Virus record (IMG/VR): IMGVR_UViG_3300032296_002019
Location: 1-64,000 of that record
From: a virus
Reading direction: 5' to 3' (one strand)
Length of the DNA: 64,000 bases
In this document: in pieces, positions 26,931-35,450 of the stretch
Layout of the letters: every line of letters starts with the position of its first letter
Position numbering within the stretch: position 1 is the stretch's first letter
The notes under the pieces: model-generated
What the model saw: the letters and a program-made list of their open reading frames with translations, nothing else
Told to the model about the DNA's origin: nothing
Database searches by the model: none
Program-made: the position numbers and the translations under genes

Positions 26931-26956
26931 ATATAATAAATATAGAGTGGAAGCAT

Positions 26957-27175
26957 TTATTCACCACCATACTCCAGCTCAATCAGCAGGTCAATATAGT
27001 GCTTAGCTTTTTTTAAATCCTCTAGGCCATTCTTTTCCTTATGCCTCATTACGTACTTTATAACGTTTGCCTCTATAAAGGGGATGTCATTTTTATGGAT
27101 AAATTCTATAGGTTGTATAGAATATTTCTTGTAATGTGTACCGCCTTCCTGACGATCTGTTGGCTTCATATTCAA
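26957..27175 (-). CDS. DUF3310 (SaV-like) protein
   Basis: QEGGTHY..IQPIEFI..NVIKYV.R..KNGLEDLKKA.HY. Confidence 0.9.
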   Translation of the reverse strand: MNMKPTDRQEGGTHYKKYSIQPIEFIHKNDIPFIEANVIKYVMRHKEKNGLEDLKKAKHYIDLLIELEYGGE

Positions 27176-27185
27176 TCATTTAGAT

Positions 27186-27214
27186 AAAAAACCGGAGAGA
27201 TTTCTCCCTCCGGT
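27186..27214 (-). terminator. intrinsic terminator
   Basis: ACCGGAGGGAGAAATCTCTCCGGT followed by a T run. Confidence 0.75.
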
Positions 27215-27221
27215 ATTTAGT

Positions 27222-27437
27222 TTAAAGAGCAGACTTTACCACGTAAGTTACTGTACGAGGATTCTTCGGGTTGCGTACTGATTCGATCTCCCAACCTTGC
27301 TCACGCAAATTGGTAATTCTAGCACGAAGATTCTTAGTTCCAAACATGCTTTCTGCTTGTTTTGCTGTGATCCTCTTTCTGTTACGAAGGAAGGTGAACA
27401 GCTTTTGTTGTTGGCTTTTTGTTTTTTTTGTTGCCAT
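27222..27437 (-). CDS. winged-helix DNA-binding protein
   Basis: ITAKQA..FG..NLRARITNLREQGWEI. Confidence 0.75.
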   Translation of the reverse strand: MATKKTKSQQQKLFTFLRNRKRITAKQAESMFGTKNLRARITNLREQGWEIESVRNPKNPRTVTYVVKSAL

Positions 27438-27467
27438 AACCTGGGTTTAATTGTTAATAAAAAAATC

Positions 27468-28622
27468 TTAACTGTGGAAGCCTATCTTCGGCCTTTCTTC
27501 TTGAATAACAGAAACTTCTTCTTCTATATTGTAGATTTCTGTTAATGTGAGAGGCTTGGACGTTCTTTGGGGTTTACCTATGTTTTCTAATAATTTATTT
27601 GAAGCTTCTGCACTAAGAGGGTCAAATTTCCATTCTGCAATAAGCCTTCCCTTTCTCAATAGTGCTTTGTCTATTCTATCTCTGCTTGTATTAAATGTGG
27701 CTATTACTTGTATTGACAGACAATCGCTGAGGATCCCGTCTGTCATATTTAAAAGATTAGCTACACTTTGTCTGCTAGAAGCGTCTCCTTCCCTATCTAA
27801 TACCACTTTTTCCGCATCTTCTATCACTAGGATAGAGTTAGTATGTTCCAACAGGAATGTCACAAAATCAGGACTAGATATACTTTCTGCCATAAATGGA
27901 GGCAGGAATATTATTTCTTTATTTACCAGACCGCATAAATGTCTTATGTAGTTTGTTTTACCTGTTCCTGGAACTCCGTGAAGTAGTACCAATCCTTTTC
28001 CTTTTTCTTCATTTAGTTTATCTAAGATTTTATTGTGAACCTTTACAAACTCTTCTCCATAGTGCAAAGGAATGTCTATATCAACAGGCTTTATAGATTG
28101 TTCCACAGTACCTAAACCAGCTCTTGTAGAAGTAACTAGGGATATTCTAGATTTGCCTACCGCAGCCATAATATACTTTGAAACCCCTTTTAATACGTCA
28201 GAAAGAAGATCATCGTTATTATAATATATCTGGAAGGTTGCGTAATCTATTTGAGTTTCTGATTCTTCGCTATCATAAAAACCAAATTCTAGATTTTTAG
28301 TGTACTTAGGAGATCCTTTGTATTTTATTGACACCAATATACCATCTTTCTCATACAGCTCCCCTGTTGGCTCCAATACATTTTTACCCACTCTTTTTGC
28401 TACCCATATCAACTCAAAGCCTTTTTTTGTAAAAAATGTATTTAAATTGATATTGTATTTGTTCTTAGAACTGTCACAGTAGGATGGCAGACATTTATAC
28501 TTATCAACATAATAGTTACCTATAGGAAATTCATGTGGGTACTCAGTATCATAATAATTATGGGGATCTGACATCTCTACCTTTTTCACTCTATTCTTAT
28601 TTACTTTAAATCTCATAGTCAT
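27468..28622 (-). CDS. AAA+ ATPase
   Basis: Walker A GVPGTGKT, Walker B ILVIEDAE, LLNMTDG, DKALLRKGR. Confidence 0.9.
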   Translation of the reverse strand: MTMRFKVNKNRVKKVEMSDPHNYYDTEYPHEFPIGNYYVDKYKCLPSYCDSSKNKYNINLNTFFTKKGFELIWVAKRVGKNVLEPTGELYEKDGILVSIKYKGSPKYTKNLEFGFYDSEESETQIDYATFQIYYNNDDLLSDVLKGVSKYIMAAVGKSRISLVTSTRAGLGTVEQSIKPVDIDIPLHYGEEFVKVHNKILDKLNEEKGKGLVLLHGVPGTGKTNYIRHLCGLVNKEIIFLPPFMAESISSPDFVTFLLEHTNSILVIEDAEKVVLDREGDASSRQSVANLLNMTDGILSDCLSIQVIATFNTSRDRIDKALLRKGRLIAEWKFDPLSAEASNKLLENIGKPQRTSKPLTLTEIYNIEEEVSVIQEERPKIGFHS

Positions 28623-28636
28623 AAACCTTATTTTAT

Positions 28637-29491
28637 TTATTCAGCACTCACAGCTCTTCCTACTTGAGTTAGCCAGTCTAGATTAGTTCTTACCAAGCTA
28701 TTCTTTTCTATAGCAGCAGTTAGCATGGTAGTGTCAGCTCCCAATGATTTTGCTAGAAATTCTAAAGCCTTTATGTCCTTAGGGAAGCAATGTCCACCAT
28801 ATCCATAGTCCCCATCAGGTCCTGGTACATCCCAGTGAGAATGTCCCAATCTATCATCATATCTAGCATATTCAATTACCTTGTCGTAATCTATATCTAG
28901 ATTTTTACATAAATAAAACATCTCATTTGCAAAAGCTACTTTGGTAGCTAGAAAAGTATTAGTCACATACTTTATCATTTCGGCAGTAGTGGAATCTGTT
29001 TTAATTATATTAACTTTAGGAAATGCTTTAGCGAATATATGCTTTACTTCTGAGGATACTTTTCTATCTCCTCCTATTATTATTCTTGATTGATTTTTAT
29101 AATCTTCTACTGCGTTAGCTTCTGTTAAGAATTCCGGATTAAAAACTATAGACAGATTCTTATATTCTTTATTTAAACTCTTGGTTGTTCCTGGGGGTAT
29201 AGTGGATTTTAATATTACTACTATATCCTTGTTGTTAAGTTTAACTGCTTCGCTAAGTTCAGATAACACACTTCTAACTATTGACAAATCGCACTCTCCA
29301 TTCTTTTTCATAGGAGTTGGTACACATAGAAAAATATGTTTAGTAAGAACAGTTAATTTTTCAATAGAGTCTACGTTTACATTTTTAGATTTGTCTTTGT
29401 CGTAAGTGTAGATATTGAAATAATTCTTCATACCCTCTCTAACAGCAGATCCTACAAAACCCTGTCCGATAATTCCTATTGTCTCTTTCAC
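28637..29491 (-). CDS. ugd: UDP-glucose/GDP-mannose dehydrogenase family (short form)
   Basis: GQGFVG, CVPTP, KSTIPPG, NPEFL, GYGGHCFPKD; no C-terminal UDP-binding domain. Confidence 0.85.
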   Translation of the reverse strand: MKETIGIIGQGFVGSAVREGMKNYFNIYTYDKDKSKNVNVDSIEKLTVLTKHIFLCVPTPMKKNGECDLSIVRSVLSELSEAVKLNNKDIVVILKSTIPPGTTKSLNKEYKNLSIVFNPEFLTEANAVEDYKNQSRIIIGGDRKVSSEVKHIFAKAFPKVNIIKTDSTTAEMIKYVTNTFLATKVAFANEMFYLCKNLDIDYDKVIEYARYDDRLGHSHWDVPGPDGDYGYGGHCFPKDIKALEFLAKSLGADTTMLTAAIEKNSLVRTNLDWLTQVGRAVSAE

Positions 29492-29503
29492 TATATTATT
29501 TTT

Positions 29504-30568
29504 TTAATTACTTAATGGTGCTTTAATTGCTGGGTGGCACTGGTAGTTTTCAATAATGAAATCATCAATTTGAAATCCTTGTAGATTAGTCTTTAAAGGC
29601 CCTACCCCACACTCACCGGACTCTGTCTGCCAGAACTCAGTATTGATGTTTAGCTTAGGTAACTCATAAGGGACTCTGCTAATCTGTTCTTTAGCTTGCT
29701 CAATATGGTTGTTATACAAATGAACATCTCCCAAATTTCCAATCAACTCTTCAGGAACCATATTTACTTCCTTAGCAATTATCTCAAGCAACAATGCATA
29801 TGATGCTATATTAAATGGTAAACCAAGGAATGTATCTACCGAACGTTGATTCCACATTAAAGAAATTGCTCTTGTTGGTATAGATGATGCAATTTTACTA
29901 AGTTCATCCTCAGAAGTAATTGGTGTGATGTATTTTCTAACGTATGATAATTTTTCTCCTTCACTTAACTCTCTAGTATAAACTTGAAATCCATAATGAC
30001 AGGGTGGTAAAACCATTTGATCTAATTCACCTACATTCCAAGCACTAACTATTAATCTTCTTGAATCTGGGTTTGTTTTTAGTTCTGAGATTAGGTTTGC
30101 GATTTGGTCTATACATCCATATGAATGTGTTTCTGATGGTTCCCAATCTCTCCACTGCTTGCCATAAATCGGACCTAACTCACCCCACCTCTCTACAAAA
30201 TCTCTTTTTGCAAATCCCTTATCTCCTTTAATTTTATTGATGAATTCTTCTTTAGATTCCAGTCCATCAACGCATTCAGAATGCGCTCTTAAATAATTCT
30301 TATAAGCATCACCATCCCAAATATGGCAATCATTATCAACAAGATATTTGATATTAGTATCACCTCTCAAGAACCACAACAACTCTGTTACTATTGACTT
30401 CCACGCCATCTTTTTTGTAGTTAATAACGGAAACCCTTCCTTCATGTTGTGTCTAATTTGCCAACCGAAGATTGACTTCGTTCCTGTACCTGTACGGTCT
30501 TTCTTGTCTACACCGAAATGTAGAATATGATCTAATAGTTCTTTATACTGGCGATCAATTGAGTTCAT
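29504..30568 (-). CDS. thyA: thymidylate synthase
   Basis: DRTGTGT, ELLWFL, LPPCH, QRSVD.FLGLPFN, HLYNNH. Confidence 0.97.
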   Translation of the reverse strand: MNSIDRQYKELLDHILHFGVDKKDRTGTGTKSIFGWQIRHNMKEGFPLLTTKKMAWKSIVTELLWFLRGDTNIKYLVDNDCHIWDGDAYKNYLRAHSECVDGLESKEEFINKIKGDKGFAKRDFVERWGELGPIYGKQWRDWEPSETHSYGCIDQIANLISELKTNPDSRRLIVSAWNVGELDQMVLPPCHYGFQVYTRELSEGEKLSYVRKYITPITSEDELSKIASSIPTRAISLMWNQRSVDTFLGLPFNIASYALLLEIIAKEVNMVPEELIGNLGDVHLYNNHIEQAKEQISRVPYELPKLNINTEFWQTESGECGVGPLKTNLQGFQIDDFIIENYQCHPAIKAPLSN

Positions 30569-30944
30569 TTATGTAAAGTTTATAACAGCTGTTCTCGGTT
30601 GTAAAGCTAATAAAATTTTCTTTCTGCTCCAAAATTTCTTTTATGGTAGTTGTCAACCATGTGTAATTGTATTTATTCCCATCCACAATAAGGCTTCTAC
30701 CTACAGCAGGTTCTTCATATTTATTCTTAAAAGTTCTATCTTCGTTCCATTCAATCCAAAACACAGTATCGCCTTTTTTTGTTAAGCCGTCACTTTCTCT
30801 AACTAACTTATATTTCCAAGGCCTACCTCCATGCTCTTCACAGTACAAATCTTCTGTTAATCCCTCCCTTATTATGACACGACACTCATGGCACAATGTT
30901 GCCCCTCTACCTCCGTTAAATTTATGTATAGGCTCTAGGCTCAT
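30555..30944 (-). CDS. hypothetical protein with Zn knuckle
   Basis: KFNGGRGATLCHEC..C. Confidence 0.7.
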   Translation of the reverse strand: MSLEPIHKFNGGRGATLCHECRVIIREGLTEDLYCEEHGGRPWKYKLVRESDGLTKKGDTVFWIEWNEDRTFKNKYEEPAVGRSLIVDGNKYNYTWLTTTIKEILEQKENFISFTTENSCYKLYINELN

Positions 30945-31210
30945 ACGTTTGCTTTTCTAAGTGTTCCTTTGTATTGATTTACACTGAGGGGTGTGCTAGG
31001 TTGAATAAGTTCCATTTTATCTGCATCTGTTTTCTTTACAACAAGCGGATGATATAGTTCTCCTTCATGCATAACAGTAATGGTACTAGGTACAAGCACT
31101 TCTTCTTTTGGTTCTTCTTTCTTTGGTACATAAGATGCTACTTTAGCTCCTACTACTCCGGCTGCAAATGCTGCTAGCCCTTTGAAAAATGATCTACGAT
31201 TGTTTTCCAT
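30941..31210 (-). CDS. small protein with twin-arginine (Tat)-like signal
   Basis: NRRSFFKGLAAFAAGVVGA. Confidence 0.65.
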   Translation of the reverse strand: MENNRRSFFKGLAAFAAGVVGAKVASYVPKKEEPKEEVLVPSTITVMHEGELYHPLVVKKTDADKMELIQPSTPLSVNQYKGTLRKANV

Positions 31211-31262
31211 ACATTATAAAAATTAAAGTTAAGAAAGTTTTATTAATGCTCCAAAATTTATT

Positions 31263-31793
31263 TTACAATAAATGGCTATACTTGTCTTTTAATAGTTCTA
31301 TATCCCCAGAACACAAGGTAGGAGATATCTCATTTATCTCAGATCTGTCCATATTCCACCATTTCAACTTTAATAGAAACTCTATATCAGCATCACTAAA
31401 TCTTTTTCTTATTAGCTTAGCTGGGTTTCCTCCTATCAAAGAATAAGGTTCTACATCTTTAGTAACAACGCTATATGCAGCTAACACAGATCCATCCCCT
31501 ATTGTCACTCCGCTCATTATAACTACTCCTGTAGCTATCCAAACATCGTTTCCTATTGTCACATTTCCTTTAGTAGTTGGATGTCCCCACCCATTAAAAG
31601 CAGGAAACTTTTCTTTATTTATATGCCCAAAAGGATATGTTGAGATCCAATCAGTTCTATGATACGCTCCTACAAAAATAGTAACATCGTTTGCTATAGA
31701 ACAAAATTGACCGATGTTTATATCTTTACCGCTATCACCCCCTACAACTTTTATGTTGTTTGTTCCATATGTAAATTCCCCAGCGTTAATCAT
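31263..31793 (-). CDS. CatB/Vat-like hexapeptide-repeat O-acetyltransferase
   Basis: IGQFCSIA..STYPF..IGNDVWI..GGNPAKLIRKRF..KWW. Confidence 0.88.
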   Translation of the reverse strand: MINAGEFTYGTNNIKVVGGDSGKDINIGQFCSIANDVTIFVGAYHRTDWISTYPFGHINKEKFPAFNGWGHPTTKGNVTIGNDVWIATGVVIMSGVTIGDGSVLAAYSVVTKDVEPYSLIGGNPAKLIRKRFSDADIEFLLKLKWWNMDRSEINEISPTLCSGDIELLKDKYSHLL

Positions 31794-31802
31794 CTTATTG
31801 CT

Positions 31803-32933
31803 TTAATGAGATTCTCCTACGTTATTTGTTTCTGAGTATATTAAATAGTCTGGATTAATAACTTTGGCTACTTTGTGTCTATCTCCGGACTGATCTTTTA
31901 CAACCACACCTTCTTCCGGTATTTTTGTCTTAGGTATGAAGTTATTGAAAACATACTTATCTTGGACAGCTTTACTCCACGGACCATAATAAAGTATTTT
32001 TACGTACTCCAATCCTAGAGAGTGCGTTATCACACTGAAAGAATTGAACACTTCCAGATATTCCCCATTTACATTAACATCGAATCCACAAAAGCTAATC
32101 TCTGGGATACCGTAATCATAGTTTTTTTGGATACCCGGCCCATATATCTCTCCATATAAAATAACACCCGTTCCTATTACATCTTCTGGTTTTCTTTCTT
32201 CTACTATGTTTTTTACGTATGCCCATAGATGATACTTTATATTGTACTTCCTCTCTATGTTATACCATACATTAGAATCGTAATATCCTTGTGAGTCAGA
32301 TCCTTTCTCAACATTATGAGATCCAACTACAAACTCATAGTATGCAAACTTGTTGCCAAACAATTTTTTTATCTTATCTAAGATAGATGGCTTCTCTTTT
32401 CTTACTATTCCGTATCTAGCATTAGTACCATGAATTTTTCTAGTAATCTCTACTATTTGCCCTTCAGTAAAAATATCTGGGACATTCTTTATATTAGGGA
32501 ACTTATAGTACTTATGGAAGTTAGAGTTTTCTTTGTATTTTATTTGCTTACCTGATGATAGAGAAATAGTTTTTATGGGAGGTTCGTACTTATATATTTT
32601 AAGTTTATCCATGAAATCATCTCCATCTTTACCTATCTTTCCTGCATATATCATAGGTATGATAAGACATTCAGAATAAACTCCTCTTAGTTTAATAGTC
32701 CTTACTCTATTACCTTTTCTTAGATAATCTTTTACTTTTAAAGACACTGCCATCTCTTCTGGTATGATGGCATCTGTAGTGGCTACTACAATTAGATTTC
32801 CTTTAGAGTGCATTCCTTTCTTCACTATACAATTCCAACCCTTTACCACAGCAAGTTCTATATGGTCGGAACCAGGAATAGGATTTATTTCATCTATTTT
32901 TGAGACGAAACATACTGAATTAGGATTTTCCAT
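31803..32933 (-). CDS. RNA ligase (DRB0094/Rnl2-like family)
   Basis: N-terminal OB-like module (PIPGSDHIELA, RTIKLRGVYS), motif I KIHGTN, YGEIYG, FDV, EGVVVK; start ATG 32933. Confidence 0.88.
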   Translation of the reverse strand: MENPNSVCFVSKIDEINPIPGSDHIELAVVKGWNCIVKKGMHSKGNLIVVATTDAIIPEEMAVSLKVKDYLRKGNRVRTIKLRGVYSECLIIPMIYAGKIGKDGDDFMDKLKIYKYEPPIKTISLSSGKQIKYKENSNFHKYYKFPNIKNVPDIFTEGQIVEITRKIHGTNARYGIVRKEKPSILDKIKKLFGNKFAYYEFVVGSHNVEKGSDSQGYYDSNVWYNIERKYNIKYHLWAYVKNIVEERKPEDVIGTGVILYGEIYGPGIQKNYDYGIPEISFCGFDVNVNGEYLEVFNSFSVITHSLGLEYVKILYYGPWSKAVQDKYVFNNFIPKTKIPEEGVVVKDQSGDRHKVAKVINPDYLIYSETNNVGESH

Positions 32934-32960
32934 ATCTGGTATAAATGTTGTTTTAAGAGT

Positions 32961-33037
32961 TGGTGGACTCACCTGGGCTTGAACCAGGGACCCTCTGATT
33001 ATGAGTCAGATGCTCTAACCAACTGAGCTATGAGTCC
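32961..33037 (-). tRNA. tRNA with CAU anticodon (Ile2 or elongator Met)
   Basis: GGACTCA..TCTGA-CTCATAA-TCAGA..CCTGG-TTCAAGC-CCAGG-TGAGTCC-ACCA; full cloverleaf, CCA encoded. Confidence 0.93.
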
Positions 33038-33070
33038 GGTGCTGTTGTTCTATTGACTAATTTTTATTTT

Positions 33071-33313
33071 TTATTTTTTAGTAATTAATTTATTTTCTAA
33101 TTTATCACAACGTGAGTCTAACGATCGAATAATTTCATCATCACGATGATTAGTGTGTCTATACACTTCTTCTATGTTTTGACACATATCTCTTCGTGTT
33201 TCATCTAACTCTTTTCCAATTTGTTTTACCTTAACAAAAGCATAAACAGAAACCATTGCTACAGCAATGACCACCACAAATGCAATTCCTAAACTAAATG
33301 ATAATAGTTCCAT
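33071..33313 (-). CDS. membrane-anchored coiled-coil protein
   Basis: N-terminal TM; LDSRCDKLE. Confidence 0.65.
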   Translation of the reverse strand: MELLSFSLGIAFVVVIAVAMVSVYAFVKVKQIGKELDETRRDMCQNIEEVYRHTNHRDDEIIRSLDSRCDKLENKLITKK

Positions 33314-33350
33314 AATTTGTTTCTCCTTATATGTCAAAGAACAACAGCAG

Positions 33351-33437
33351 TGCCCCCAGCGGGAATCGAACCCGCACTCGCTTTTTCGGCGAACAGGATT
33401 TTAAGTCCTGCGTGTCTACCTATTCCACCACAAGGGC
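33351..33437 (-). tRNA. tRNA-Leu(UAA)
   Basis: GCCCTTG..CAGGA-CTTAAAA-TCCTG, long variable arm, GCGGG-TTCGATT-CCCGC. Confidence 0.93.
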
Positions 33438-33558
33438 TGGTCGGGACTCTCCCCGTCTGTCACTTGCTGAGATCGTTACCGGCGGTCGCACTCGTTATAA
33501 CTAAGAATAGTTTACGAGATTCTCCATTTAGGGCTCTCTTTAAGTTACTCTCCCCACG
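33438..33558 (-). ncRNA. unidentified structured spacer RNA A
   Basis: GC-rich; hairpin CTCGT..AACTA-TTCT-TAGTT..ACGAG; 3' TGACAGACGGG-GAGAGT-CCCGAC abutting tRNA-Leu. Confidence 0.5.
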
Positions 33559-33635
33559 CAGTCAGGGCCGGACTCGAACCGGATAAGCAACCATTTCTGG
33601 ATTCGGCAACCATGCCTCATTACGCCCACCTGACT
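33559..33635 (-). ncRNA. tRNA-like RNA (acceptor and T arm intact, non-canonical D/anticodon region)
   Basis: AGTCAGG/CCTGACT 7-bp acceptor, CCGG-TTCGAGT-CCGG T arm; no 5-bp stem/7-nt anticodon loop. Confidence 0.7.
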
Positions 33636-33639
33636 ATAG

Positions 33640-33763
33640 AGCCGACCTTTCCCGGCAGTCAACAGAGCTTATAGCGTACCTACGCACTGTGAGGTACTCT
33701 GTGTGATAGTCTCGCATTGCCTAAGCAGTGACATGTATGCCTTCGGTTGCCGTGCGTGTCATG
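33640..33763 (-). ncRNA. unidentified structured leader RNA B
   Basis: TGACA/TGTCA, ACAGAG/CTCTGT and GTACCT/AGGTAC helices; 3' TGACTGCCGG-GAAAGG-TCGGC. Confidence 0.5.
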
Positions 33764-33765
33764 AG

Positions 33766-33773
33766 CAAATATA
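33766..33773 (-). promoter_or_regulatory. Bacteroidota-type -7 promoter for the RNA cluster
   Basis: TATATTTG immediately upstream of RNA B. Confidence 0.65.
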
Positions 33774-33801
33774 CTATTAAAAATTTTTTTTAAAGGATTA
33801 T

Positions 33802-34539
33802 TTAACTGAAATCTATACACATTTTATCCCTATTCACTTTAAACACCATAGGATCTCCTTGTGGTTCATAGGAATTATCTAATACGGAAGCATTGACATA
33901 TAAAGTTTTTTCTGTTAGATATACCCCTCTTCCTGAGTGTATGTGTCCGGAAATAAACATCATTGGGTTTATTTGTTCTATTTTATGTTTAAGATCCACA
34001 CATCCTACATATTCAGAACTCTCAGGAACATAGTCAAGCTTTCCTCTTACAGGCCCATGAGTAACTACTATGTTTGTATCAGATGGTATATTATCCCAAT
34101 ATGATTTGATCTCATCATTCCTGTCAGCATTAAAAGCCCAGTACTGCTTATAGAAACTTGGGGTTATAGGACTTCCCCATATCTTAATACCTTCTAGTAT
34201 CACACTACTGTTCTCTAAATAATGTATACCATGCGCTACTTTATGCATCTCTAGCATATCTAATAGCCACCCTGGCTTACCCTTAGAGAAGTTATCCTTA
34301 AATAGATCTTGATCTTCGTAGTTGTAGAAGAACTTAGAGTCAAAGGATTTGTCATGATTACCTGCTATGAATACCTTATGCTTACACTGAGTTTGTTTAG
34401 CATACCATCTAAGGAAAGAATCTACCTCATGTTTATAACCTAATGAAGATAAATCTCCTGCAAATATGGATATATCACATTCGGGAAGTTCTATTTTTTT
34501 ATGTTTGTTGTGAGTATCACTGAAAGCTGCTATTTTCAT
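33802..34539 (-). CDS. metallophosphoesterase
   Basis: SDTH, AGD, AGNHD, THGP, GHIH. Confidence 0.9.
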   Translation of the reverse strand: MKIAAFSDTHNKHKKIELPECDISIFAGDLSSLGYKHEVDSFLRWYAKQTQCKHKVFIAGNHDKSFDSKFFYNYEDQDLFKDNFSKGKPGWLLDMLEMHKVAHGIHYLENSSVILEGIKIWGSPITPSFYKQYWAFNADRNDEIKSYWDNIPSDTNIVVTHGPVRGKLDYVPESSEYVGCVDLKHKIEQINPMMFISGHIHSGRGVYLTEKTLYVNASVLDNSYEPQGDPMVFKVNRDKMCIDFS

Positions 34540-34795
34540 TGAACTGCTTTTTTATTATCGATACTACATTTTGATAGGGTTGCCACAAATAGTCACCGTT
34601 ATTCTTTTGAAATCCCAACCAAATTCTACCGAACTGGTCTTTATATATTTTATCAAAGCCTATCCCCTCACATGACTTTGATTTATAGCTATGACTCCTC
34701 ATGTCATTAGCAACAATTTCTATGTCAAAATCTGAAGGGGTTTCACTATTAGATAGATCACACCACTGTTTAGAATAACATCCCATATATGACAC
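34517..34795 (-). CDS. hypothetical protein
   Basis: ORF track. Confidence 0.6.
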   Translation of the reverse strand: MSYMGCYSKQWCDLSNSETPSDFDIEIVANDMRSHSYKSKSCEGIGFDKIYKDQFGRIWLGFQKNNGDYLWQPYQNVVSIIKKQFNENSSFQ

Positions 34796-34796
34796 A

Positions 34797-34967
34797 TTAA
34801 CTAAATAACCTTCGTACTACCACACCTAAATCATAGTTATTAGGAATAGTTAGTAATAATTCTCTCATTGTTTGGTATAATAAATCCTGGTCTTTTATGT
34901 TAGAAAGATCATACTCTATCTTGTCTAACTTCAATTCTTGTTCTGGGGTAAGCATTGTGTTATTCAT
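34797..34967 (-). CDS. small hypothetical protein (56 aa)
   Basis: PNNYDLGVVVR motif; TAAATTTG at 34975-34982 upstream. Confidence 0.6.
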   Translation of the reverse strand: MNNTMLTPEQELKLDKIEYDLSNIKDQDLLYQTMRELLLTIPNNYDLGVVVRRLFS

Positions 34968-35002
34968 TTTGTAACAAATTTATAACTTTTATAATTTTTT
35001 TC

Positions 35003-35203
35003 CTAATTTATTTTTGAGTGTTCGTAGGGGAAAGATTCTAATTCTTTTTGGTAATAAAGTTTCTCTAGGTCTTCAACTTTATTTTCAAGAAACTTAATTT
35101 TTTTTTCAATATCATAACACATATAAATATATGTGTAAGACGTTGACAAGCATGATACTATAAGAAAAATCGTAATAATTTGCACTAAAGTATTTATTTT
35201 CAT
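35003..35203 (-). CDS. small membrane-anchored protein
   Basis: N-terminal TM plus coiled coil; TATATTTG at 35229-35236 upstream. Confidence 0.55.
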   Translation of the reverse strand: MKINTLVQIITIFLIVSCLSTSYTYIYMCYDIEKKIKFLENKVEDLEKLYYQKELESFPYEHSKIN

Positions 35204-35270
35204 TTTATTAAATTTTGTTTATGTAATACAAATATATAGAATTATATCTAAAAAATTCTATTTATATTAT

Positions 35271-35450
35271 ATGAAACACCTAAAGTACTTAGTAAAATTA
35301 AAAATTTTTTTAATATTTCTTTTTATTTCCTACATAGGAATTGTAGCAATAGCAGACGTGCTATTAGTTATAGGAGATATATTTAATAGCCCTGCTCTGG
35401 TAAAAAAGTCTACTAATCTATTAAAAATTCTAGATTTTTATTCTATCTAG
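35271..35450 (+). CDS. small membrane protein (59 aa), antisense to its neighbours
   Basis: MKHLKYLVKLKIFLIFLFISYIGIVAIADVLL..; TATTTATA 4 nt upstream. Confidence 0.45.
   Translation: MKHLKYLVKLKIFLIFLFISYIGIVAIADVLLVIGDIFNSPALVKKSTNLLKILDFYSI

Noticed and set aside
31263-31793. Antibiotic-resistance gene (catB/vat)
   Set aside because: The family also contains many sugar O-acetyltransferases, and the glycosylation-rich context favours that role; resistance cannot be inferred
32934-32972. ORF-track start of the RNA ligase
   Set aside because: It lies inside the tRNA(CAU) gene; ATG 32933 was used instead
33438-33558. tRNA-associated HDV-like (theta) or hammerhead ribozyme
   Set aside because: Position 3' of a tRNA-like gene fits, but I could not build the nested double pseudoknot or find CUGANGA/GAAA cores; a covariance-model search is still needed
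33317-33586. 89-aa + strand ORF (also 38787..38999, 39113..39301, 39126..39365)
   Set aside because: Antisense shadows of tRNA, tmRNA and ncRNA genes
33735-33763. SAM-I riboswitch suggested by CGGCAACC
   Set aside because: The other conserved elements (AUC.AGAG, kink-turn P2, GAU) are absent and no CDS lies downstream
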